A DNA stretch of 64,000 nt, from the NCBI RefSeq assembly GCF_009914755.1, contig NC_060942.1. One strand, given 5' to 3'. Shown here in pieces: positions 11,171 through 22,073 of the stretch; positions within the stretch are counted from its first letter, which is position 1, and every line of letters starts with the position of its first letter. Below the pieces are notes generated by a model. It ran no database searches, had not been told where the DNA came from, and worked only from the letters and a program-made list of their open reading frames with translations. Origin of the DNA: the human T2T-CHM13v2.0 reference genome, Homo sapiens. The position numbers were made by a program, and so were the translations under genes.

Positions 11171-14100
11171 GTGTGTGGGAGGGGTGCTGGGCTGTGGTCT
11201 GCTCACCATGGCTGGACCTCTGGGTATGCTTGGGGGAGGTGGGAAGCATAGAAAACAGGACAGATGTCCACTCCCCCGTGCACCCACACACACCCCTGAG
11301 GATGGTCACCGCATCCTGCCCTCCCTGCAGCCTCACTGTCACACTGAGCGTCACACGTACAGGAGTGTGAGCGTGCACACAGTCAGAAATTTATAGACAC
11401 AGCCTCCAGTATACCGCAAAATGCTGCCCCCACCCACACTGAATCTGGCACATAAAGCCATGCACAGTGAATCCACCCTGGTCACAAACACACACAGGCA
11501 CAGAGTCATGCACGACTGTCTCACTCAGGGACACTGTCAGGAAGCAGTCTGGACTCCTCACGCTCACTCACGCTGCACAGATCCTTCAGGGATGGGCCCA
11601 TGGAATATTCTGGGGCTCCAGGCTTGCTTCTGTGCAGGGTTTGGGGCCTCAGCCTGTTCTGTCTCACCCAGGAGTGAAGGCACAGCAGCTCTCTGCCAGC
11701 CAGCCCTGTTGGGATGGCCCCTCTGCCCCTGCTAGCTCCAGGATGGCTTCTAGGACACCTTGTCCACGCCCCCTCCCCACATGCTGTAGGTGGCATATGT
11801 CCATGAGCGTGCGCCACATGGGAGCCTGCAGCGTGGGTTATGGAGGCGCCTGAAGGAGTGTGGCTGCGTGTCGTGTCAGTTTCTCCACTTGATTCTTCCT
11901 CTCGGTTCCAGGACGCCCCCGACAGCTCCCAGAGCCCTGGGGATGAGAGAACTGGGAGCCACGTGTGGCAGCCCCCAGCCTGTCACTTCGGCCATCTCTT
12001 GGCCATGCCCTGGCTGGGATTTCCTAGTAGTTTTGTGCATGTGGGTCTCCTCACTCCGGCTGGAGGGTAGCTCTTTCAGGGCAGTTACTGGATTTTCTCC
12101 TCTTTTTCCCTCTGCTGGGCATGCAGGGCTGGCTAAGGCATGGCCTGTTGACTGCGGCACTCCTACTGTCCAGGTGATGGTGAGAGCACCTGTCATGTGC
12201 TAGGGTGGAGGGGGCTTGGCAACAGTGCTGGTGAGCAGAATTAAGCTGGGGGCAGGGGGCTGGGCAGAAATCTCTGGGGAGTAATCAGTAAATACTTACT
12301 GACTGGCTGACTGAGTGAATGGGTGGATGATTAAAGCAGCAGCCAGAACAAGAGCCAAGCATGGGTGGCACCTGAAGGTGGACTACCTGCTGAAGAGCTG
12401 GGTGGACGGGAAGGCTGGTGGTGGTGATGGGGCGGAGGGGGGGGGGGGGGCAGTGCTGCTGGCCGGCACAGCAGTGGCAGCACTGCTATTAGTCATCGTG
12501 AAAGCTCCAGGTGCCCGGTGCAGGCCCAGCAGACCCCTGACCCAGCCTGATCAATCCTAATGGAATGGAGCAGAGGGGCAGCCGCTGCAGGGAGCGGGCC
12601 ACCCGTCCTCCCTCCTGTCCCCGTCCTTGTAACTTTGTCAGCTGTCACAGCAGCCCTGAATGTGGAGGCTGCCTGCCTCAGTCATGTCTGGTCTCGTTTG
12701 GCCGGCCTGAGGTGCCACCAGACAGGAGACGTAGGGAGGAGAGGACAGGGATGGACCCCCTGGGGAGGGGTCCCTAAATCACAACCTGCAGGTGGCAAGC
12801 ATAAGAAGCAGGCAGGGAGAGAAGCCTCTTGGTGAAAGGCCCCTGCCTTTAGTTCATATTTGTCTCCTGAGGGGGCAGAGGGTCAGGGACCCCAAACCTT
12901 TTCTTAACCATCTAGGACACATGGACACATGCCCCGGCAAAGCTGCCCCTCTCTAAGGAGCAGCACCCTTGCCCGTGCCTGCAGGAATGGACCCTGGCAT
13001 CCCTTGCCTAAGCAGCTGTCTGCTCTCTGAAGCTCTGCAGCAGTGGCAGCCTGCTCTGCTGGGTCTGAATGCAGGCTGGGCCCTCCTGGCTCAAGGTAGC
13101 ACTTGCCAAGGTCCCATGTGGTCGAACAGTCTTTGTGCTGGAGTGGTCCTGTCTTCCGGGCTGGGCACCCTCCACCCCATGTCTCTGTCATTGCCATGAT
13201 CTGTTCATGTGTCTATCTCCCCCATCAGACCATGCCTTCCCTTGGTTGTCTTGATGTCCTGACCCATGGCATGGCGACCAGGTCAGGGTCCATGCTCAAT
13301 AAATGCTGGCTGGTCCACGTAGTGAATTCTCGCCTGAATCCCCTCAGGGCCTTGCATAGAGCTTGTTTTCTGATTGTCAGAGAGGATGCCACCAAGGGCA
13401 GATGGCAGGACACTGAGTGTCTGGGGGGAGATTCAGGACACAAGAGAGGCACAGCTAGGATAAGGCTCCGAGCAGCTCAGAGGCTGCAGTGAGTGTGCTC
13501 TGCGCAGACAGGAGCAGGCAGTCGGCACCAGGCGTTTTCAGCTGCGGAGTTTCGCCTGTCTTACCCCACCCTGAAAGCCTGGATCCAAGGCACAATTGGT
13601 CCCAGGGTGGCTTTTAGTGTGCAAGGCTGAGAACCAGAGGGGTAAACCATAATGCCTGCAACTGGGTCACCAGAACCGAATTCAGGGAGACCCTGGGGGC
13701 TGAGAGCCTCTGCTCCCTTCCACTTCTGTGACGATGACTCAGCTTCACACACCCATATCTGCTCATCACTGTGGTGGGGGAAGTGGGAGAAAGAAAGGTT
13801 TTCCCCCAAGAACAAGCTAGTTCTGGGGAAGAGCTGTGAGCTGGTGAGCTGGGGCTAGGACAGGCTCCGTCACGGAGAGAAGACCTGGTTGCACCCCAGG
13901 GTACCTCCATGAAAGCCACCCACAGCCATCCCCATTTTTAGCTTGCGTTGCTCTGTGCTTGCACTGGGCCATCTGTTTTGCATAAGGGGCAACCCCCGAA
14001 AGCACTGTTGAACCCTCCATGTTTAGGTGCACAGCTTGTGAAAGAAGATGTGGTGAAGCCTCTTGCTTAGTGCTCCTCACACTGGATCTGACCGCTGACC

Positions 14101-14424
14101 ACTCGGATGAACTAGAAACCCAGAGCTGAGAGGAGCGGGGAAGAGGCAGCGCTCACTGCAAGGCCATGCTCTGCCTTCCCTCCAACAACAGGCTGTTTCC
14201 TTCACCTCCAAAGTTCCTTTGTGCCCACAAGCAAAGTAGAGATGCTACCTAGTGCAGTATGGCAGCACTCCCTAGCAGACCATTTAATTCCTGGTCCCCA
14301 AAGCATTGGACCCAAATGCTTAAAAAAGCATTCTGCAATTCACAAACTCAGATGGATTTTGTTTGTTGTAGAAAGAAACTAGCCTGTTGTGCTACTGAGC
14401 ATGCTTCAGTGGTCCCTCAGGTCT

Positions 14425-14655
14425 CAGCTCAAAGTCACCTCAGTAGGGGCTTCCCTGACACCACATCTCAAACAGCCCCTTCCCTTTCCCCCGTCATCTG
14501 CTTCATCCTCTTCAAAGCTCTTATCAGCGCCTACATTGATATTGTTTATCGGTAGATTATCTCCCTTCTCCCATGTCATTCCATTCCAAGGGGGCAGATT
14601 TTATTTTTGTCTGTTCCCTGTGGTGCCCCATGCCCAGCATGGGGCCTGACACCAG
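14425..14655 (+). mobile_element. L2a-type 3' fragment
   Basis: ctcagctcaaagtcacctc...cttccctgacacc...gggggcagattttatttttgtctgttccctgtggtgccccatgcccagcatggggcctgacac. Confidence 0.75.
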
Positions 14656-14671
14656 CATATGCCTAGGCATA

Positions 14672-14766
14672 GTGTGTTGCACAGACACAGGGACTGCGGT
14701 GTGTTAGAGAGACACAGGGACTGCGGTGTGTTAGAGAGACACAGGGACTGCGGTGTGTTGGACACA
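14672..14766. repeat. 27-bp minisatellite (agacacagggactgcggtgtgttagag), ~3 copies
   Basis: Units start at 14683, 14710 and 14737. Confidence 0.95.
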
Positions 14767-15559
14767 CACATGGATTGCAGGGACAGGGTACAGGCTTGAG
14801 GAGATGGCTTGGTTCCTCTCGGGGATACCCTGATGCCCTCCTGCTACCTCCTGGTCAAGGGGTGCCCAGCTTGGCCTGGCACCCAGTGGGGAAGACCCAC
14901 CCCAGATACAGACCTCCTGATGGGATGTACCTGGCACTTGCTCAAAGCCACTCAGAGCCATGGAAACAGGGCATGGGGTAAATTTACACAAAGGGGTCAT
15001 TCATTCGTTGTTCTCCAGGGCACTGGCTGGGGCCCAACTTTCACCCTCAGGAGGGGCTGCTCAGGAACTTGTGGACGGGGTGGCTCAGGTTTTCAAGAAG
15101 CAGCCCTTTGGACACTTGGGCCCAGGTCTGGGTGGGCAAAGCTGGGTTTGGGCTGCCTGGAGTCCTGCAGGGAACTCATTGCTCACAGAGGGAGGGCTCT
15201 GCCAGCAGCCTGCAGCCCCACATCCCCCGAGGGGACCAAGTCCCACAGAGGCATGTGGTGGGGAGAGGAGGTGTGGGCTACACTGGGTGGGGCTGGCTTT
15301 TGGAGTTGGGACTTGGTGCTCCAGCCCCGGTACCTGAGTCTCTCTTGGTGACAGGTGCCCATCTAGGCAGATTCCTTCACCTTTTAACTAACAACCCATC
15401 CCAATCTGAGCAATCTCTGAAGGTGCGGAGCACACTTGACAGCGACAAATGCTACACTCAAATGAAATTAAGTGATATTCCTTTACGCGGCTTTTTTTTT
15501 TTTTTTTAATTTTAAGCAACACCAATAATTCCAACTGCAAAGGCTAAGGGAAAAAAAAA

Positions 15560-16150
15560 AAGGCAAAAACACCCCACCTCCTCCGAGCGGAGCGCCAGAG
15601 GTCGGCTCTGGGATTTGCATGACAAAAGCACTCTACAAACAACAACAAATTGCCAGCTTGTCGGGGGCCGCAGGGCGCGCGCGACAACTGGCGCGTTCCT
15701 CTGGGCGGCGCTGGGCTCCGAGACCCGCGGGAGGGGCCCGCGGCAGATGCTCGGGGACCGGCCCGACGGGGGCGGGGCAGCGGGGTTCCGGCCTCCATAG
15801 CAACCGAGCTGTGACCATGGCCAGAGAGATGGCTCGGCAGCCGCCACCTCCCACTCTGGACAGGCGCGAGGGGCGGGGCGGAGGGCGCGGGCAGCGCAGA
15901 GCAGGGAGAGGGACGCAGGGCGGGAGGCAGGAAGCTGGGGGACGGAATTGGGCGGCTTCTCCCCTCCTGCTCGCGTGCAGCCGCCGTGACCTTAGACCTG
16001 GCCGGCGTCCACGGGCATACCATGCGGGCACCAGGCAGGCCGTGAGCTGCCCTCGGTCCAGCAGCCGGGCCTCCTTCTGGCCGCGCGTGCTTCCTGGCTG
16101 GGCTGGGAGGTGGAGCGTGTGATGAGGCAGCGGCCGGCTCCCCCAAAGTG
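15560..16150. promoter_or_regulatory. CpG island (orphan; promoter- or enhancer-like)
   Basis: Very high GC with dense CpG (gcgcgcgcg, ggcgcg); GC boxes GGGGCGGGG at ~15770 and ~15870; SOX-OCT site at 15613-15627; X-box-like GCCTCCATAGCAAC at 15791-15804. Confidence 0.9.
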
Positions 16151-18199
16151 AGGCCCAGGCAGATGGCTGGCCAGAGCTAAATTGATTCCTAATGATTTGT
16201 GTCTCTCCCCTGCCCGGCAACGGGTAACTTTTCATTAGAGACACAGATGTCTTCATAAGGCGATGCCAGGGCCCTCCCACGACAGCCCCAGCACCCCTCC
16301 ACTCCACTGCAGACATGGGGGGTGTCACACGGGTGAGAAGGTGGGAGGACTGAAGGGTCCAGAAGGAGGCCTGCCACACCCAGCAGTCTGCTGTCTCCAG
16401 GATGCAAGTGTCAGCCACCCACTCCCCCCAGACCAGGGCAGCTCCTGACCTGCTCTTGCAGTGGCCACTGGGGCCACCTCCTAGGCCCTAGGCTGTGTGG
16501 GTGCTCCAGCATCACTCCCTCCCCGGCAGGCCTGTCTGGTGGCCATCACTCCACAGCCTTCCTGCCATGCCCAAGACCCGCCCCCCACCCCCCACCCGGC
16601 CTCCACTCACTGTCCCCAGAGTAAGTCTGCCACCCACCCCTGCAGATCCAAGTCTCACCTGTCCACTGCCAACCTTCAAATTCTGTCCAAGGCCCGTGGC
16701 CATGGGTTTCCCATATCTTCCTGGGCTTCGACCACTATTTCTGTCTACATATCCCCTCACCATGTCACCTCGTCTATGCCATGTTCACTGTCTCCCTGGC
16801 AGAGCCTTAGTGGACAGGGAGGCAGAGGCTCACTTTCTCCTGCAGTCATGTTGCACTTCTCCTGTGGCACTTACAACCCACGGTCCTGGTGAGAATGCTT
16901 TTTTTGTGTGCTTCCCCCACCATTTCCTCCTGCACTACTTCATTTGGTGGGTGATGACTGCTCCCACGGCGGGCTGGGCTGTGTGTTAAAGGCCAGACAC
17001 GTTCCCTCCTCTCCCTTCCAGGCTCTTGCAAGCTGCAGTCTGAGCTGACCCCTCTGTATCCTCCCCGTTCCTGCGCCGCACACTTCATGCATAGCAGGTG
17101 CTCACTGGAGATTTAGGGGAAGGGAACCACAGTATCTTGGTGTCCACTATAGCAGTTTGTCATTTTGAGATCAGTAGTTCTCTCTGGGATCCTCTTGTAA
17201 AACACTAAGCCCCTGAGGGGTCAGGTGAGTGAGGGGTGGATGCTAGGGTCCCCATCTCACAGAGAGAATCTATCATCTTGTTTCTTGCCTGGGGGCACGA
17301 CTCTGTCAAGTGGTAGAGGCGCTGAGGTCCAATCCAATTGACCTCTTGGTTGTTGGGGGCCAGCCTGGCTTGCCAGGTGCTGAGAACTCCAAATAGCACA
17401 CACAATTACCAGACCCAGTCCTGAGGCCCCCACATGGCAGCCAGAGGAGAAAGGAGGCTGGCTTTGGGGCACTCAGCTCCCCATGGTGTGAACTCCCCAG
17501 CCTGGGATCCAAGGCCCTCCCAGCCCCATCCAGCTAGACTGATCCATCTAACTCCCGTGCTCTAAGCCACACCTGCTCTCTTCTTGCTCGGCTCCCTTCA
17601 TGGACCCTGGCAATTTTGTCTCACTCACTCCTCCTTGGCATCTTTGGTCTTCATAGGTCCCCCCTTCTGATACTCTCCCCATTCTTGCCTGTCTAGGTAA
17701 ATCCAACCCATGGTCCCCGACCAGATTAAGGATTCTGTCTAGTCTGTGGGTTCTTTCTCTCTGTCCATAAGTACAAGACTGCAAGAAGACTCTGACTTCT
17801 CACATTTCTCTCAGGACTCAGCAAAGATGCATTTGGATGTGCTAGTGGATGTGAGGTTGCAAGTACCTCTGCCTGCCTTGCCAACAGCCACACGCCACTG
17901 TGGCCCCTGGCCTCAGTGCTCTTGTGCAGCCTGTGACCACACAGCACATGCTACAGAGCTTGAACAATGTGTTGCTGCAAGATGGGAGATCCAAATTCTT
18001 GTCCTAGCTGTGCTGCCCTTTTTCCATCTGTAAATTTTTGGCTATTGAAAACATGTCTCAAGATGGTAGATGGGAATAGGTTTTCAGAAGGATTAAAAAC
18101 AGACAAACAGAAACAAATAAAAGACCAGGGTGAGTGAGTCAGGGATAAAGGCTGATGAGGTGAGCCGCTGTGAGAGCAAGGTGTTTCCATTGCTCACAG

Positions 18200-18263
18200 C
18201 TGTGTCCTCTGCACTAAGCTTGGTACATAGTAGGTGCTCAGTAAGCCCTGGTTGAGTGAATGC
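18200..18263 (+). mobile_element. L2 3' terminus
   Basis: ttggtacatagtaggtgctcagtaagccctggttgagtgaatg. Confidence 0.7.
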
Positions 18264-20439
18264 AGCTGCACGGTCTTGCCAGTGTCCTTATAAGAGACAG
18301 CATGGATGAGGCGGGTGACTGGAGAAAACTAGGATCACTCTGAGTCTATGATTGGGGTCAGTCTGGGATAGGAGATTTGGATTCTTTCCCCCACACCTTG
18401 TAGGGTGTGAACCCATGACCTCAGTCTCAGTGACCGCACAGCCAAGCCACCACGTGTGTTCCTCCCAGACAGCCCTCCTAGAGGAAGCCAAGAACCTATC
18501 CTTTGTACCTCCCCAGCATGTTTGAGGCAAACTCACCCTGCTCATATCTTTTGTTTTTCTTAATTAAAGGAGCAAGAGCCAGGATTCCGTCTCTGAGGGT
18601 GCAGGCTTGTGTCTGGATGTCTTCATTTTGGCCAAGCTATTGGTGTGCCTGCCTGTGTGGCAGCTGGACACTGGGCCTCCAGAGCCCAGGGGGGAGGTGA
18701 GCGGATGGCGGCTCAGCCCATGTCACTGCCTTTGTCACCCCCAGCTCCCCACAAACCCTCATGCCTCCCAGACATTATAAGGACTGCTGCTGTCCTCTCT
18801 GCAGACACAAAGCAGCTGTTCAGTGCTTGGTTCTGCCTCTCGACTCCCTGAACTCCTTGCGGTGCTTGCACAACCAGCCCCTCACCCTCCATTTAAAGAG
18901 GTGCTTTCATGCACAGGGCATCTTGGCAGACACCTCATTTATTCAGGGAGATTTGCCAGGCCCTGTGGTAGGCCTGGGGCTTGGGGCCAGGCTAGACAAA
19001 GCCATGATCCCTGCCCCCCAGGAGTTTCCATTCTAAACTGCAGCTGGGCTGGGCAAGGGCAGGACCATCTGGGTTGCCCTGGGTACCCAGGACCATCTGG
19101 GTAGCTCCAGGCTTTGGTTTTCTCATCTGCAGATTGAAGGGATTGGTTGGGATCCCTAAACTGCATGGAGGAGTCCTGGGGAGTCCATGGGTGGGGAGGG
19201 ATGGAGGCTGGGCAGGCTGGGCTCTGAGCTACTCCTGGCCACTTCCTCTACAGCTGCACAAGTCATGCTGCCCAGAAACCAGGCCCAGGGTGGGCAAACC
19301 ATGCCTGACGGATGACCAGCTCCTGGCTTATGGCACACTGTATATTTGTAAGTAGCACTGGCTGTACATGAAGCTTGTGAGGTGGGTATGTTGGCTTTTT
19401 ATCAGAGAAGTCCAGTCTCAGCTGGGGTAGAGTGGAGCTGGGGCTCGAACCCAAATCTCTGAATCTGAGCTCTGTACCTCCCAGGAATTCCATCCCCAGA
19501 CCCTGGGTGGAGTGGGCGGGGGCAAGGGGGTGCGGATCCTTGGATGTGCTTTGTTCCAACACAAGGTCATCTCTGCTCTTTCCAGCAGGGGCTCCTCTCA
19601 CCCTCTATCCTGACGATAGGGCTGCCTCCTCCCTCTGGTCTCTCCCCACTCAGGCCCGGGTCAGTGGCAACAGCTGTGGCAGTGGGGCTGTAAAGGGGCC
19701 CTGAGCCCATCCGGAATGTGAAGGGCAGGTCCTTCAGGGAGGACAGGTGTGTCAAGTGAGCTGCCGGCCCTTGCTGTTGGGAGAGAGTGAAGGAGGCAGA
19801 AGAGCTTTTATAGCCTGTGACCCCTTCCCCCATTCCCTTTCAATAATAGTCCAGGCCAAATTACTTCCTTCTCTAAAGTTCTGGAGTTTGGAGTCAGAAG
19901 GGAGAGGGGGCTGGAAAAGTGGGCAAACGAGGGCCAGGATGACAGTGAAAGTCCTGTCCTGGGAGGGTAGGTTTCGGGAGCAGAACTGTTCTATTGTGGA
20001 CAATGACCTTTAGAGAGAAGGAATCTCCCTTCGTGGACTGTGCCTCACAGACATAGCTGCTCCATGATGTGGTTCTGGCACGTGAGGGACCTTGAGGAGC
20101 AGACATCCTGCTGATCTTGAGGAAGATCCTAGCCTCGGGGCAGTGGGAGGAGGCTTCCTGCTGTGGCCCAGGAGTGAGGCCACTGGCCCGTCAAAGGGGC
20201 CTTCTGCTGAGACATAAGGCTGCAGCCCATCCCTCCATCTCACCCTCCTCCCTGGCCCACAGAGGTCCTCCCAAGGAGGCCTGTTGGTGAAAGGGCCAGG
20301 GACACGTACCAGCCACTGACACTGCTTGAGGCCTCTGGCCTTTGTTTCTCTCCAAGGCGTGGGGGTTCCGGAGAGTGGTGGAGCTTAGCAGGCAGGGCAC
20401 TGTGTTGCGATCACTCGAGATCGCACCATGGACCCAGCC

Positions 20440-20535
20440 ACCTTGGACAAATCCCTTCTCCTGCCAAGTCCTAGGTTCTTCAACTGTAAGATGGAGGTGG
20501 CTACATCCCCTCGAGTGGCTGAGAGGATTTACAGA
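20440..20535 (+). mobile_element. MIR fragment
   Basis: ccttggacaaatcccttctc...ttcttcaactgtaagatggagg. Confidence 0.55.
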
Positions 20536-20774
20536 GATCCCGGGGGTGCATATAGATTTCAAACTGCCCATGCTTCACACGTGACTGCTTTGTCCTGCCA
20601 ATTGTCTTCCCACCTGTGGGTGAGGCCTGCCCACTGCTTCTCAGTCTAGGAAACCCCTTTCAGGTCAGCATTTCTATTGTAGTAGGCACTGTGCCAAATG
20701 ATAGGGCGCCCAAGGTGAATAACGCACAGGAGATGCTCACAGTCGTTTTTTGTTCAGAAATACTTGTTGATCAC

Positions 20775-21164
20775 TGCTGTGGTTTGAATGTTTGTCCCCT
20801 TCAAAACTCATACTGAAAATTTAATTGCCATTGTGATATTAAGGGATGGGACATTTAAGAGGTGATTAGGTCATGAGGGGTCTGTCATGGTGAATGGATT
20901 GATGCCGTTATCATTAGAATGTTCCCGTGAGAGTGGGTTCCTGATAAAAAGAATGAGTTTGCCCCCCTTTTTTCTCTCTGCCTCATGCACTTGTGTCCCC
21001 TTCTGTTTTTCCTCCTTGGGTGCAGTAAGAAAGCCCTCAACAGATGCTGGCTCCATGCCCTTGGACTTCTCAGCCTCTCCACTGTAAGCCAAATAAGGCT
21101 CTATTATTTATAAATTACCCACTCTCAGGTATTCTGTTATAGCAGCAAAAAATGGACTACGACA
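20775..21164 (+). mobile_element. MaLR solo LTR (MST family, MSTB/MSTD-like) with 5-bp TSD
   Basis: Starts TGctgtggtttgaatgtttgtcccc and ends ...gtattctgttatagcagcaaaaaatggactacgaCA; perfect TSD ATCAC at 20770-20774 and 21165-21169. Confidence 0.93.
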
Positions 21165-21394
21165 ATCACCAACACAATGCCTGGTATCCTGTGGGGGCTT
21201 TTACTAACAGGCTGAACAACAGTCGCTCTAGAAGGGTCCAAATAACAGAAACACAAAGTGCCTGAGATACACCCACCAGTTGTCCACTAACCAGGGTTGG
21301 TTTGTAACAGCTGCACACCTGTAGTACAGGACCTTGCCTAGACTTGGAGGCAGGCAGGCAAAAATGGTTGGTTCACGTGGCAGGTGAGCCTACT

Positions 21395-21485
21395 GTGGTC
21401 CTGATTCAGTAAGACGCTTGCCCATCTAACTAGCTATGTGACCTTGGGCAAATCAATTCAGTTATTTTGGCTCCAATTTCCCTAA
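21395..21485 (+). mobile_element. MIR fragment
   Basis: actagctatgtgaccttgggcaaatca. Confidence 0.7.
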
Positions 21486-21624
21486 GCACATCCTTTCCAG
21501 GGTCTGCTCTGGCTCAATCATTCCTTGATGTTTCGCTTCTCACCCATGCAGATGAGCCTCACTGATTTAGGTCCACTGGGAGAATAGATGCTGAGGGAAA
21601 GGCAAATCCCGGAGGCAAACTGAT

Positions 21625-22073
21625 GAGATTGTTCGTTTTATGTATTACCTTGGCTAGGCTGTAGCATGCATCTTATTTAATCAAACACAAATCTAGGTGT
21701 ACAGTCTACATCTACCAGTATTTGCCTTGAAGTAAAAGGAGGGTATACAGGTGGACCTCATCCAATCAGTTGAAAGGCCTTAAAAGCAAAACTGAGGTTT
21801 CTTTGAGGAAGAAGAAATTCTGCCTCAAGACTGCAGCTTCAACTCATGCCTGAGAGTTTCTAGCTTGCTGCTCTGCCCTATAGATTTCAGACTTGCCAGT
21901 GCCCCCACAATCACATGTGCCAATTCCTTCTAATAAACCTTTATATATGTGTGTATATATGTATATGTGTGTATGTATATATATGTATGCATGTACACAC
22001 ACACATATACATACACATGTGCACACACATGTGTATATAGCTTCTATTTCTCTGGAGAAGCCTGACTGACACA
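21625..22073 (+). mobile_element. ERVL LTR (MLT2C/D-like) with internal (TATG/CA)n expansion
   Basis: ctcatccaatcagttgaaaggcctt...gaagaagaaattctgcctcaagactgcagc...agatttcagacttgccag...tttctctggagaagcctgactgacaCA. Confidence 0.88.

Noticed and set aside
15544-16418. Overlapping 167-261 aa ORFs on both strands
   Set aside because: Stop-poor GC-rich CpG island; Arg/Pro/Gly/Ala composition with no recognisable domain.
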